Position numbers and translations under genes: made by a program. From a bacterium (GTDB lineage: Bacteria; UBA10199; 2-02-FULL-44-16; JAAZCA01): DNA of 64,000 nucleotides. Below are positions 41,341 to 51,308 of this stretch, piece by piece. Each line of letters opens with the position of its first letter. The stretch's first letter is position 1. Below the pieces are notes generated by a model. It made no database searches. It worked only from the letters and a program-made list of their open reading frames with translations, and had not been told where the DNA came from. The stretch lies in the NCBI GenBank assembly GCA_963674695.2, contig CAXXGI010000002.1:608001-672000 (forward strand), in the 5' to 3' direction.

Positions 41341-41484
41341 TGTCATTCCCGCATGGGGTAAGCGGGCCTTCGTTACGCCGTAGCGGTTTTCCTGCTCCGC
41401 CAAAGCTACGCGGCGGCGAGCGGCCGCGCAGGCGGGAATCCCGATTATTAGGGTCCATCGAGATCCCCGCTCGCGGGGATGACA
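41341..41484. repeat. Composite REP-like palindrome with nested insert
   Basis: TGTCATTCCCGC...GCGGGAATC...GCGGGGATGACA. Confidence 0.75.
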
Positions 41485-41819
41485 ACAACTTTTTATCCCC
41501 GCTTGCCGAGTTTGCGAGATAGGCGGGCCCAGTCCTGGTTGTTACGTGCGAACTGCCCTCCTGTCTGCCACGGCCTCCTTCCCGGAGGAGCCTAAAAGCG
41601 TGTTTGCGAGACCGACCGTATGAGTCGTAAAAATGTCGACTGGTTTCGTGCGTTCGAGTCTGACGAAGGAAGACACGAACGCACGTCGTTGAAACCAGCG
41701 ACATTTTTGCGACGAGTAGGGAGGCGAGCGCGCTCGAGCGACGGAGGGAAGGGGACCGCGGCAGGCAGCTGTACTCGTCTCGATTGACAGCCGGCCCCCA
41801 AGCGTTTACCGTTGCGACT

Positions 41820-42686
41820 ATGAAAATCCTATCATCTGTCAGTCTCATGGCGGCGCTTCTCTTGACGGCGGTCTCGGCTTCAGCGTTTGAGACGCCTGGT
41901 TTTCAGAATCCGTATGGCATCGCTGTCGATGAGAAGACCTCCTTCATCTATGTCTCCAACGTCAACGGCTCGCCCACCGGGCGCGATGACAACGGCTTCA
42001 TTTCAAGGCTGAAGGCGGATGGCTCGGTCGACGAGATGCGCTTCATCGATGGGGGCGACAAGAAGATCACGCTGCATGCCCCCATGGGGATGGCGGTGCA
42101 CCAGAAGACGCTCTATGTCGCCGACGTCGATGCGTTGCGCGCCTTCGATCTAGAGAAGGGCAATCACCTGTTCGATGTGAATTTCGGCGAGCTGCCGGTG
42201 CAGCACCTCTATGATGTGATCCTCGCCCCCGACGGCATGCTCTACGCGACCGATGGCCCCGGCAACACGATCTATCGCATCGATATCAAGAAGCAGCATG
42301 AGGTGACGGCCTTCATTCAGGGCGAGGAGCTGGGCCAGCCGCATGGCATCGCCTGGTATCAGCCGCGCCAGCTCTTCGTCGTGGCCGGATGGAGCTCCGG
42401 GCAGGTGCATGCCTACGATCGGGCCGGGAAGCTCCAGGGTCTGCCCTCCATCTTTCTGCGCACACTCGAGGGGATCGCTGCCGATATGGCCGGGAATCTC
42501 TATGTCGCCAGCACCGTCATGGGCGCGGTCTATCGCATCGCCCCGAGCTTTGCGCTCTTTGCCTATCGTTCGGGCCTTCCCGCCCCGGCCGGCGTCGCCT
42601 TCTTCCAGGGCGGCGGCCAGATCATCGTCGCCAGCTTCGACACCGGCAAGGTCCTCTCCTTCCCGGTCGAGGTGATTCAGCCTTGA
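41820..42686 (+). CDS. Secreted beta-propeller (SMP-30/gluconolactonase/NHL-like)
   Basis: Signal peptide ..ASA-FE; PYGIAVD, YVSNVNG..DDNGFISRL, APMGMA; TTGACA-N17-TACCGT at 41784-41812. Confidence 0.8.
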   Translation: MKILSSVSLMAALLLTAVSASAFETPGFQNPYGIAVDEKTSFIYVSNVNGSPTGRDDNGFISRLKADGSVDEMRFIDGGDKKITLHAPMGMAVHQKTLYVADVDALRAFDLEKGNHLFDVNFGELPVQHLYDVILAPDGMLYATDGPGNTIYRIDIKKQHEVTAFIQGEELGQPHGIAWYQPRQLFVVAGWSSGQVHAYDRAGKLQGLPSIFLRTLEGIAADMAGNLYVASTVMGAVYRIAPSFALFAYRSGLPAPAGVAFFQGGGQIIVASFDTGKVLSFPVEVIQP

Positions 42687-42702
42687 TTCGAGGTATTCCG
42701 AG

Positions 42703-43959
42703 CTACTTTCCGGAAAACACGTTCCACGGAACGACCAGCGTCTCCTCGTCGAGGGGATAGACGGTATCGCTTGCGGAGATGATGAGACCTTTGGCGATGT
42801 CCAGATGGGGATAGGTACTGCGGAAGGCCTTGAGACCTCGCGCGTCGCGTTTTTCAGGATGGGATTTGCTCTTCACTTCGATCGGGAAAAAACGCCCATT
42901 CCATTCCAAGAGGATATCGACTTCAGCGCCGCCGTTGCTGCGCCAGTGATACATCGCGGGCGGTGTGGGAAAGAGTGCGGTCTGTTTTTTTATCTCCCCA
43001 AAAACGAGTGTTTCAAAGAGCGCGCCCCAAAGGGGGTGTGAGAGAATCGCTTCAGGCGTTGAAATGACCTGTGAAAAACAGGCCAGCCCCGTATCGGCGA
43101 TAAAACCCTTTGGTTTGGAGGTGACGCGTTTCACCGTATTTCCGGAGAATGCGGGTACCTCAAACCATTGGAATGTGCCCTTCAAGAGATTGAGCCAACG
43201 GGATGCCGTTTGAGGATTGATTCCGAGCTCTCGACCGAGGTGAGCGTGATTGATCTCCTGTGCGGTGAGAGCGCCGGCTAAACGAAAGAAACGGCTGAAG
43301 AGATCGAGGTCTGAAATCTCCGTCACCTCTCGAACATCGCGTTCGATATAGGTGCGATGGTATCCCTGCAGGAAAACAGAAACGGCATCCTGCTGGAGGA
43401 ACTGTGTCTCGGGAATAAACCCTCGCCATATCTGTTCGAGGAGATTGAAGCGTAGAGGATCGATCGTTTGGAATGATTGTGTATTCTCATCATGAAGCCA
43501 CCGGCCAAGCCATCCGTCGGCCTTTGGGGTGCATTGATTGATTTCGGAGAGAGAAAAACCATCGAGATCCAGGAAGGCGACCCGACCGGCCAGGCTCTCC
43601 TGGAGATTTTTTAAGACCTGCCACTGTTGAGAACCGGAGAGGAGATACTGTGAAGGGCTGCGATCTCCTTCAAGGCGTCGCTTGATGGCGGAGGTGAGTT
43701 CGGGCGCATACTGGATCTCATCCAGAATGATCGGCGGTTTTCTATTCGTGAGGAAGAGGTCCGGGTCCGATCGTGCCCCTTCGATGTCGCGGACCGGATC
43801 CAGAACGATGCGCGGCATGCGATCGCCAAAGAGATGGTCCAAAAGTGTGCTTTTTCCGACCTGCCTCGCTCCGGAGACGACAACTACCGGAAATTGTTCA
43901 AATAATTCAATGAGCCGCCGTTCGAGTGATCTTTTCAGATAGGCATGTCCTGTCTTCAT
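42703..43959 (-). CDS. AAA_14/DUF4143 ATP-binding protein
   Basis: GARQVGKST, LDEIQYAP, ESLAGR, TYIERDV, EVDIL..PIEVK; TTGCAG-N17-TATAAT just upstream. Confidence 0.92.
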   Translation of the reverse strand: MKTGHAYLKRSLERRLIELFEQFPVVVVSGARQVGKSTLLDHLFGDRMPRIVLDPVRDIEGARSDPDLFLTNRKPPIILDEIQYAPELTSAIKRRLEGDRSPSQYLLSGSQQWQVLKNLQESLAGRVAFLDLDGFSLSEINQCTPKADGWLGRWLHDENTQSFQTIDPLRFNLLEQIWRGFIPETQFLQQDAVSVFLQGYHRTYIERDVREVTEISDLDLFSRFFRLAGALTAQEINHAHLGRELGINPQTASRWLNLLKGTFQWFEVPAFSGNTVKRVTSKPKGFIADTGLACFSQVISTPEAILSHPLWGALFETLVFGEIKKQTALFPTPPAMYHWRSNGGAEVDILLEWNGRFFPIEVKSKSHPEKRDARGLKAFRSTYPHLDIAKGLIISASDTVYPLDEETLVVPWNVFSGK

Positions 43960-44032
43960 ATCCTTGCATTATAATGATGCTATAACCGATCTGCAATGAT
44001 AAAATTATGGGGCTTTTCCTTTGTCCGATGAC

Positions 44033-44060
44033 GAAACTCTGGGGTCCATCCTGCCGATAA
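44033..44060 (+). promoter_or_regulatory. sigma28-like promoter GAAACTCT-N12-GCCGATAA
   Basis: Perfect sigma28 -10 box, 24 nt upstream of ATG 44085. Confidence 0.7.
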
Positions 44061-44084
44061 TAAGGAAAAGGAGGGTGGATCCCT

Positions 44085-45953
44085 ATGCCCGACGTCTGTG
44101 ATCCCAAAAAGAGTTCCTGTACGCCCGCGCAGCTCTTCATTCGCGACGGTGTGGTCGACTGCACACAGGTCGAATTCGAAGATGTGGCCTGGTGCGAGGC
44201 GCTTTCCGATTCCTGTTCACCGGGGCTGGTCGATGACGCGGAGTATCTCGCTGCCTTTCATGGTCGGGAGATGACGCGTGAGTTTCGCGAGCCGATCGTG
44301 GGGCGATTGTTTCAATTGGCTGAAGCGACCGAGGACTGGTGTCTGTTGCCGGAGTGGGCGAGTTCTTGTGGTGAGGATCGCCGCGAGGCGGCGCAGGAGT
44401 TTCTCACGTTCCTTACGCGCCCCTGTTTGCTTGCGGCATTGTCGCACAAATCGAAGAAAGAGCTGCTTCCCATCGCACGGAAAATGGCGGAAAACGAGGA
44501 TGATCCGAAGATCAGCCGCATGGGAAGGGCTGCGGTCGATCTGCTCGCACTCTATTCCAATAAAGACAGCGCTCCGTTTCAGTTCCCCTTCTCCGGGGAT
44601 ATCATGTATGTCGGCGCGGCTTATGCTCTGCGTACCATGCCAGGAATGGAGGGGCCGAGCGACTATTGGCGCGCGGTCTATTCCCATCCGCGCGAGACGA
44701 CCATCTTTTCCCCGCGTTTTTCAAAGCGGTCGGTCGAGAAGCAGGACAACAGTGCTTTTCTCGCCGAGCAGCGTGCGCAAAATAAATCGGATATATCGAT
44801 CAAGTTCAACACGGATCATCGCATCCAAGCCTATCAGGATGAACTGAATGCGAAGCTCGGATGTACATCGAGCAAGGATGAGCAGCGGTTCACCAATGGA
44901 TGGAGGTGTGAGGCGGGAAGGGATGTAGATTACTATACCTACATGCAGGGCAAGCGCGAGGAGATTCGCGCGGCGGCGGCTCGATACAGTCGTTGGCGTC
45001 CACACCTGGAGGCGATCTTCCTCAAGCATGGCTTGCCTCCATATCTGGCTTCCATCGCGGTGATCGAATCGAAGATGCGCACGGATATCGTGGCGCCGGG
45101 CTCGGGTGCAGCTGGCCCCTATCAGATCATGCCGAAGATGGGGCCGGAATATGGTCTGACCATCGATAAAGAGCGCGGCATCGATGAACGCCGAAATGTG
45201 ATCTATGCCGCCGAGGCGGCGGCAAAAATCCTCAAGCAGGCGCGCCGGGCGATCCTGGGGGAAGGGTTTGTGCCCGGACTCGATATCGATGAAGGCCTGG
45301 CCAATATCATGAGCACATCGGCCTATCATGCCGGCGTGGGGAACCTGCGCCGTGCCATGCGCAAGGCAAAGAAGGCGCTCGAGAAGCAAAGGGCTGAGGC
45401 GGCAGGGGAGAAGAAGGCAGGGCCGGATCCGGTGACCGCGGAAAAGGTCTTCAGCTTCATGCTGTCGAGTAAGTTCACGTATCGCCGCTATCGACACGAT
45501 TCGAAGGACTACCCGCCGCAGCTCTATGCGGCGATGGAGGCGGTGGATCGTATCAAGTTTAAGGAGATGGAGCTCGTCGAGCAGATGGTCGATGTCAGCA
45601 TCTCGAACTTCAAGAAGCCGGTCTCGTTGGCACAGATTGCAGCGTTGACGGTGAGCGGGGCCGAGCGTCTGCGTGAGCTCAATCCTCAGTTTGACGAGGC
45701 TGGTTTTGATCGTGTGATAAAGGCAGGCGGGAGCGTTCGATTTCTGTTGCCGCAGGCGGAGCTCTGCCGGGTACAGACGAAGCTCGTCGATTATCATGTC
45801 GTGGAAAAAGGGGATATCGATGTGACCGTCGTGACCAACCCTCCGGACCTCGTTCCGGCGATTGTCGACATACTGGAAAAAGATCCCTACGCCATTCTGC
45901 CAAACTCACAAGTCTCCTATCCAGATTTTATCACCATGAACGACTGGTACTGA
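44085..45953 (+). CDS. Lytic transglycosylase (MltD-like SLT domain) with orphan Cys-rich N-terminus
   Basis: IAVIES, SGAAGPYQIMP, DERR, SAYHAG, LRELNP; AGGAGG RBS; no signal peptide. Confidence 0.82.
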   Translation: MPDVCDPKKSSCTPAQLFIRDGVVDCTQVEFEDVAWCEALSDSCSPGLVDDAEYLAAFHGREMTREFREPIVGRLFQLAEATEDWCLLPEWASSCGEDRREAAQEFLTFLTRPCLLAALSHKSKKELLPIARKMAENEDDPKISRMGRAAVDLLALYSNKDSAPFQFPFSGDIMYVGAAYALRTMPGMEGPSDYWRAVYSHPRETTIFSPRFSKRSVEKQDNSAFLAEQRAQNKSDISIKFNTDHRIQAYQDELNAKLGCTSSKDEQRFTNGWRCEAGRDVDYYTYMQGKREEIRAAAARYSRWRPHLEAIFLKHGLPPYLASIAVIESKMRTDIVAPGSGAAGPYQIMPKMGPEYGLTIDKERGIDERRNVIYAAEAAAKILKQARRAILGEGFVPGLDIDEGLANIMSTSAYHAGVGNLRRAMRKAKKALEKQRAEAAGEKKAGPDPVTAEKVFSFMLSSKFTYRRYRHDSKDYPPQLYAAMEAVDRIKFKEMELVEQMVDVSISNFKKPVSLAQIAALTVSGAERLRELNPQFDEAGFDRVIKAGGSVRFLLPQAELCRVQTKLVDYHVVEKGDIDVTVVTNPPDLVPAIVDILEKDPYAILPNSQVSYPDFITMNDWY

Positions 45954-45994
45954 TACCTGTAAGCTCTCTCTCATTGATGGGAAGGCTTTGGCGA

Positions 45995-47164
45995 TCACTG
46001 CTCGCGCAGGATGGCGGTGTTGCACAGACGCCCTTCGATGCAGGCGTTTTTCGTCACCGTCGCGTCGATGCGATTCCAGACGGCCTCGGTCTCCATGCAG
46101 AGGTAGACCTTGCGCTCCGGCAGATGCTGGCGCAGTTTTTCCCACAGCGGTTTATAGACTTTCTGGCGGATGAAACGCGCATAGCGCATCTTGTTGCCGC
46201 TCGGCACGAGTTCGCCGGTGAAGATGCGGGTTTGGGGAAAACGGCGCATAGCGATGCGCGGAAGGTCGGGCGGATAGCGCAAGAGGCCTAAGCTGATCCA
46301 GGCGATCTGGTCGGGCTCGATGACCTCGAAGATCTTGTCGATGACGCCGAGGTAGGCGTCGATCTCGGCCTCATCGGCATGCGTGACGATGATCGGGTCG
46401 AAGTGAAAACCGACGCCGTATCCCGCTTGTGCCACTTTGTGCGCAGCCGCCAGGCGCTCATCGAGCGTGGAGGTCTGACGTTCGTCCGAGGCGATGATCT
46501 CCGGCGTATTGAGCGACCAGGAGACGACCGTGCGGTTGCGATGCGTCAGATCCAGCAGGTGGTCGACGAAGGTCGACTTGGTCTTGAGTTCGAAGAGGGC
46601 ATTGCGTGTCGAGGCAAAGAAGGGAACGAGCACGCTGGCGAAATCGAGGATCGGGTCGAGGGCGAGGCTATCGGCGAGTTCTCCCGTGCCGATGCGAAAG
46701 AAGCGATTCGAATTCGCGTCGAGAAACGAGCTCACCTGCGCCAGGATCTCCTCGAGATTGACATAGGCCGTCGTGACCGGGTTGTTGGCGAGGTAGGACT
46801 GCAGGATGCAATAGGAGCAGTCCATCGGGCAGCCGGAGACGAGGTCGAGCACGCGGTAGTTGCAGCAGAGGTGTCCGGTACCGATACCCTGGCAGGGTTT
46901 GAAGACACGGCCGCGCTGTGCGGTGAGCACGAGGTGGGTCTTGGCCACGCTCAGATCCTGCGGGTGCTTGAGCGTGCGCACGTCATCGGCGATGTCCACA
47001 TCGACATCGAACTCCTCCAACCGGTCGCGAATACGGATGACCTGGGGATTGCCCGCGACTTCACGGTCGATCCAGACCTGTTGGGGCAGAAAGGGGAGCG
47101 GCGCCTTGCGTGAGCGCGACCGAGGGCGCAGCGGGAGGGCATGAACGTTCGAAGCGGCTGCCAT
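45995..47164 (-). CDS. Spore photoproduct lyase-like radical SAM protein
   Basis: GCPMDCSYC, TGELADSL, ELKTKS, SWSLN, GFHFDP, YLCME; AAGGAGG RBS. Confidence 0.85.
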   Translation of the reverse strand: MAAASNVHALPLRPRSRSRKAPLPFLPQQVWIDREVAGNPQVIRIRDRLEEFDVDVDIADDVRTLKHPQDLSVAKTHLVLTAQRGRVFKPCQGIGTGHLCCNYRVLDLVSGCPMDCSYCILQSYLANNPVTTAYVNLEEILAQVSSFLDANSNRFFRIGTGELADSLALDPILDFASVLVPFFASTRNALFELKTKSTFVDHLLDLTHRNRTVVSWSLNTPEIIASDERQTSTLDERLAAAHKVAQAGYGVGFHFDPIIVTHADEAEIDAYLGVIDKIFEVIEPDQIAWISLGLLRYPPDLPRIAMRRFPQTRIFTGELVPSGNKMRYARFIRQKVYKPLWEKLRQHLPERKVYLCMETEAVWNRIDATVTKNACIEGRLCNTAILREQ

Positions 47165-47285
47165 CTGGAACCTCCTTGCATGCTCATTCCCAAGGGAAGG
47201 GGCATGCACAACGAGCCGCTTGATCGTTGCGCTCAAGCGGCTCGCTCTTTCGGTTCAGTTTGGTCCATCGCGTGCCGAGCTTTCA

Positions 47286-48257
47286 TCACGCCTGATACCA
47301 CTCGAAGATCTGGTGCCACTGCTGTCGTTGGAAGGCCTGCTGGATCTTCTCGATCAGATCGCCGAGTTCCTCCGGCTGTGAGAAATGATATTCGAGCTTC
47401 ATCTTCTGGTTTTCGAAATACGGATCCGCCACGAGCTTTGCGGCATCGGGCAGCTCCAGGCCCTGGATCATGGAGGCGAGGTGCTGCTGGCGTTCGGACA
47501 GCTGCGGCAGCCGCACGCCCTTGAGGGCCTGGCGCAGCGCCCGCACCTTGTCGGCCGCCGGCGTGTTCGGATCGGCCACGAGCTGCAACAGCTGATAGCG
47601 GTTGAGGATCTCCTCGACCGTCAGACCGTCGCGGGCGGCGATTTCGCGGATGAGGGTGAGCAGCTCATTGAGTTTGTTCGTCGACGGCCGGATGTGCGCC
47701 AACACGCTCAGGAGTTCCTGCTGCGTCGACGGCGAGAACTCGGCCACGCGTGCCGCCGAGGAGAGGGCCAAGTCCGTCATGACCACGTGGTTCTTCATGG
47801 GCTCGGTCAGCGCGTCGAGCGTGAGCAGCTGGTGCAGGATCTTGTAGCTCGGGTCGTCGCCCATCAGCGGCAGGAAGCGCTTGACCAACTCTCCCTCGTC
47901 GACCGAATAGAACTGCTGCAGTTTCACCAGTGCGCGGCTCTTCTCGATGAGATTGAGCGAACGCGTCACGGCGTTGTCGTGCAGGTTCCAGAGGAAGGCC
48001 TGCGTGGGCGAAAGATCGCTGGCCTCATGCACGATGGCCGGGATCGACTGACGCCCCAACTCCTGCAAAACCAACAGGCGCTTATATCCAGCGATGAGCT
48101 GGAAAGCCCCGTCTGGCGTGTGTCGCAGGTGGATGGGATTGAACAGGCCCACCACGCGGATCGAGCGTTTGAGCTCATCGAGCCGCGGCGCGAAGGTGAT
48201 GCGGAAGCTGTCATCCGCAATGTTAATGTTGGAAAGGGGAAGATGTTGAAGTAGCAT
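47286..48257 (-). CDS. ParB/Srx N-terminal domain protein
   Basis: ELKRSIRVVGLFNPI..LIAGYKRL..DNAVTRSLNLIEK. Confidence 0.8.
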   Translation of the reverse strand: MLLQHLPLSNINIADDSFRITFAPRLDELKRSIRVVGLFNPIHLRHTPDGAFQLIAGYKRLLVLQELGRQSIPAIVHEASDLSPTQAFLWNLHDNAVTRSLNLIEKSRALVKLQQFYSVDEGELVKRFLPLMGDDPSYKILHQLLTLDALTEPMKNHVVMTDLALSSAARVAEFSPSTQQELLSVLAHIRPSTNKLNELLTLIREIAARDGLTVEEILNRYQLLQLVADPNTPAADKVRALRQALKGVRLPQLSERQQHLASMIQGLELPDAAKLVADPYFENQKMKLEYHFSQPEELGDLIEKIQQAFQRQQWHQIFEWYQA

Positions 48258-48391
48258 AGCGCGGCATAATGAAGAAGTGATGAATGAATTGCAATATCGA
48301 AGTGAATGGTTTTTGATTTTTTTTGCAGGGGAAACGACCGGATGGTCTGGATTGGCGGCGTGTCCGTGCAGATTTTAGAGGGGGAACGAAA

Positions 48392-48862
48392 ATGTCAACG
48401 GGAAAATACGATGAACAGTGGATGCGCGAGGCGATCCTCGACGCGAATGCGGCGGGTGCCGAGGGCGAAGTTCCGATCGGCGCGATCGCGATTGTGGATA
48501 ACTCGATCGTCGGGCGCGCGCACAACGTGCGCGAACGCACACACAACCCGTTGGGACATGCCGAGTTGCTCCTCATCGAGCGGCTTGCACGCGAACAGAA
48601 GAGCTGGCGACTCGACGAGGTGACCATCGTCGTCACCTGCGAGCCGTGCCTGATGTGCTCTGGCGCCATGCTGCAGGCGCGCATTCCGCGGGTGGTCTAC
48701 GGTTGTCGCGATCCGAAGGCCGGTGCGATGGGGTCGCTCTACAACGTTGCTGACGATGCGCGGCTCAACCACCGCATCGAGGTGGTGCCGGACGTCCTGA
48801 CCGAAGAATGCGGGAAGTTGCTCACCGATTTTTTTCGAAAGTTGCGCGCGGGTGGGGGATGA
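48392..48862 (+). CDS. tadA: tRNA adenosine(34) deaminase
   Basis: GEVPIGA, HAE, EPCLMC, DPKAGA, RLNHR, FFRKLR. Confidence 0.93.
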   Translation: MSTGKYDEQWMREAILDANAAGAEGEVPIGAIAIVDNSIVGRAHNVRERTHNPLGHAELLLIERLAREQKSWRLDEVTIVVTCEPCLMCSGAMLQARIPRVVYGCRDPKAGAMGSLYNVADDARLNHRIEVVPDVLTEECGKLLTDFFRKLRAGGG

Positions 48863-48880
48863 TCCGGCGCTCGTTCGCGA

Positions 48881-50458
48881 TCAGATCATCGGCAGCGAGC
48901 CCATCGCCCAGCTCGAGAAAAACGGCGGAACATACGGTGCCGAGAGGCAGTCGATGTCGTTGGCCGTTTCGAACCAGTCGATCTCGTCGTGGGTGTCGCT
49001 TGCGTCCGGTTCGGGGGTGGGCGCCGGCATTTTCGGGGAGCGTTCCAGAAAACCGATGTGTTCGAGGTTGTTGACGAAGAGCTCCTGCTGTTCGGGCGGG
49101 AGTTCTTGAAAGGCGTAGTCCCGTCGCAGGAGGGTTTCTCCCCAGTGCCGGGGGTAGGTGATGCCCTCGTCGATTTCGAAGGCAAACCGGCGATGCAGGA
49201 TGTTCCGGAGCGATCGGCTCTCTTCGGAGAGGGGCATGATTGCGGCGACGAGACGTGTGAGCGAGTACTGCTTCAGCAGGATCAGGATCTTCGTGCGAAA
49301 ATCGAAGAAGGCGCGGGCCGCCACTCCTGCCTCCCGGTTCGGTGCCTGCAGCGCAACCGCACGCGCGAGATACTTCGACATTACTTCGGCCGTCGTATCC
49401 ATCGTATGCGGCGCGGTGATGACCAGCGCGTCCGCCGCGTTCGGCAGCAGCGAGAGCATGCGATACCAGCCTCCGACCTGTTCCGGCGTCGGGGGGGTGG
49501 GGGAGAAGGAAGCGTTCTCGCCGCCGACGATCGTGTCCTCAAGGTTGGACAGGTGCAGCGCCCCCAGGGGGATGCGGCGGCGAATGAGATCCCGCTGGAG
49601 GAAGGCCATGCCTCCGTTCATGATATTCGAGGCCACCCCCGTGATGCGGTTATCGATCATGAGGGCGCGTTCCTGCTGCAAAGCTGTTTCGCTCGATAGC
49701 GCCGTTCCGCGACCCGTGTCGTCTGTGTTCAGGGAAACTTCCAGGGCATTGTGCGCGTCTGGATTGGGCCAAACGGCATGCGTTTTGCCGAAGAGGTCCC
49801 ACCACCCGCGTACGGCACGATGGATGACGGTGTTGTCCTGCAGCGGTCCGCGGTCGGCGATGAGCTGCGCGAGCGTGCCGACGATGGCTTCGGTGAAGGC
49901 AGGGTCGCGAGGAATGTGGCGCATCTCGGCCAGGAGTTCCGTCCCGGTCTGTTCGGGGCGAGGGTGGCGTGCGTCGGCCAAGAGCGGACGGCCGAGCAGG
50001 ATCGAGGCGAACTCCCGCCGGTTGGTCGCCATGGCCTGCATCAGGCCATAGAGCGGCGTGAACCCGAAGGGGATGAGCCCGTTGCAATCGAGGACATAGG
50101 CGTGTTCGGCCCCTTGCCAGCCGGCATAGGTAAACGGCAGCATCTGCCCGACGCCGACGAAAGCATCGCCGCGGTTCTGGATCGGAGCGATGGCCTGGGC
50201 GAACTCGCGCTCATTTGTCAGGAAAAACTGGAGGGTCGGCTCGAATCCGGCGCTGTCATGCAGGAGGTTTTTTGATCGCGTGACATAGGCGTCCAACACC
50301 GGGATGAGCGTTTCCTGTGGAACGCGCCACGTTCCGTCTGGGGCGCGCTGCGGATAGGCCCCGATCTGCGCGAGGCGCTGGGCATAGGGGGTCGTGTCGC
50401 GCAGGACGCCGTCGCTGCTCGTTTCATGTGAGGGTCTGAAGATGGTTCTGACGACCAT
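48881..50458 (-). CDS. Orphan protein, possible SAM-methyltransferase-like fold, with acidic/hydrophobic C-terminal tail
   Basis: TNE..AFVGVG..AYVLD..LHLSNLE resembles a Rossmann methyltransferase-like pattern (weak); GAGG RBS before ATG 50458. Confidence 0.6.
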   Translation of the reverse strand: MVVRTIFRPSHETSSDGVLRDTTPYAQRLAQIGAYPQRAPDGTWRVPQETLIPVLDAYVTRSKNLLHDSAGFEPTLQFFLTNEREFAQAIAPIQNRGDAFVGVGQMLPFTYAGWQGAEHAYVLDCNGLIPFGFTPLYGLMQAMATNRREFASILLGRPLLADARHPRPEQTGTELLAEMRHIPRDPAFTEAIVGTLAQLIADRGPLQDNTVIHRAVRGWWDLFGKTHAVWPNPDAHNALEVSLNTDDTGRGTALSSETALQQERALMIDNRITGVASNIMNGGMAFLQRDLIRRRIPLGALHLSNLEDTIVGGENASFSPTPPTPEQVGGWYRMLSLLPNAADALVITAPHTMDTTAEVMSKYLARAVALQAPNREAGVAARAFFDFRTKILILLKQYSLTRLVAAIMPLSEESRSLRNILHRRFAFEIDEGITYPRHWGETLLRRDYAFQELPPEQQELFVNNLEHIGFLERSPKMPAPTPEPDASDTHDEIDWFETANDIDCLSAPYVPPFFSSWAMGSLPMI

Positions 50459-50531
50459 GGTCCTCTTCTCCGGCGGCGTCTCTGACACAGGCACCCGAAT
50501 GCTGCAATCGGGAAGAGGCGTCGCCCCCTCG

Positions 50532-50558
50532 GTATCGGCGGATCGACGGAAAAGTTGT
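50532..50558 (-). promoter_or_regulatory. sigma28-like promoter ACAACTTT-N11-GCCGATAC
   Basis: Read directly; ACACAACTTTT is identical to the box at 55024-55034. Confidence 0.65.
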
Positions 50559-50575
50559 GTGTAATTTTTGGGGTG

Positions 50576-50671
50576 GGGGAGGGGGGGTGCCGATGTTGTC
50601 ATTCCCGCGGGTGTAAGCGGGAATCTCGATTGTCCAGATCCATCGAGATCCCCGTTTTCACGGGGATGACA
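50576..50671. repeat. REP-like palindrome
   Basis: TGTCATTCCCGCG...CACGGGGATGACA. Confidence 0.8.
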
Positions 50672-50694
50672 AAGCCAAGGTTTTTCATGTCATC

Positions 50695-51290
50695 CCACTC
50701 CCTCCGCATACACAAATGGCCCCAGAAGGGGCCACAAATCAAATCACAAGGAGTGGGATTGTCACTTCGTTCTGACCTATAAGGTTATTAAGCTCGTCAC
50801 TTCTATTTGTAGCGTTCTCGATCCGCCCTTCGGGCTAGGATCTCGAGGCGGTTCGAACCCACATGGCTTCTCAGACCACTCCCTCCGCATACACAAATGG
50901 CCCCAGAAGGGGCCACAAATCAAATCACAAGGAGTGGGATTGTCACTTCGTTCTGACCTATAAGGTTATTTGTTCCTCGCTTAAGCTCGTCACTTCTATT
51001 TGTAGCGTTCTCGATCCGCCCTTCGGGCTAGGATCTCGAGGCGGTTCGAACCCACATGGCTTCTCAGACCACTCCCTCCGCATACACAAATGGCCCCAGA
51101 AGGGGCCACAAATCAAATCACAAGGAGTGGGATTGTCACTTCGTTCTGACCTATAAGGTTATTTGTTCCTCGCTTAAGCTCGTCACTTCTATTTGTAGCG
51201 TTCTCGATCCGCCCTTCGGGCTAGGATCTCGAGGCGGTTCGAACCCACATGGCTTCTCAGACCACTCCCTCCGCCAACAAAAATGACCCC
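50695..51290. repeat. tRNA-Ser-derived tandem repeat: units of 181, 193 and 193 bp plus a partial fourth
   Basis: CCACTCCCTCCGC recurs at 50695, 50876, 51069 and 51262; units are near-identical; the first has a 12-nt deletion. Confidence 0.92.
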
Positions 51291-51308
51291 TTATGGGGCC
51301 ATTTGTGT

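Noticed and set aside
40473-41800. Complete DGR locus
   Set aside because: No reverse transcriptase, avd gene or template repeat is visible nearby.
50863-51286. Repeated 97-aa and 76-aa ORFs
   Set aside because: They are by-products of the tandem repeat, with no RBS or coding signature.
50695-51290. CRISPR array
   Set aside because: Units are about 193 bp and identical, with no unique spacers; no cas genes in the window.
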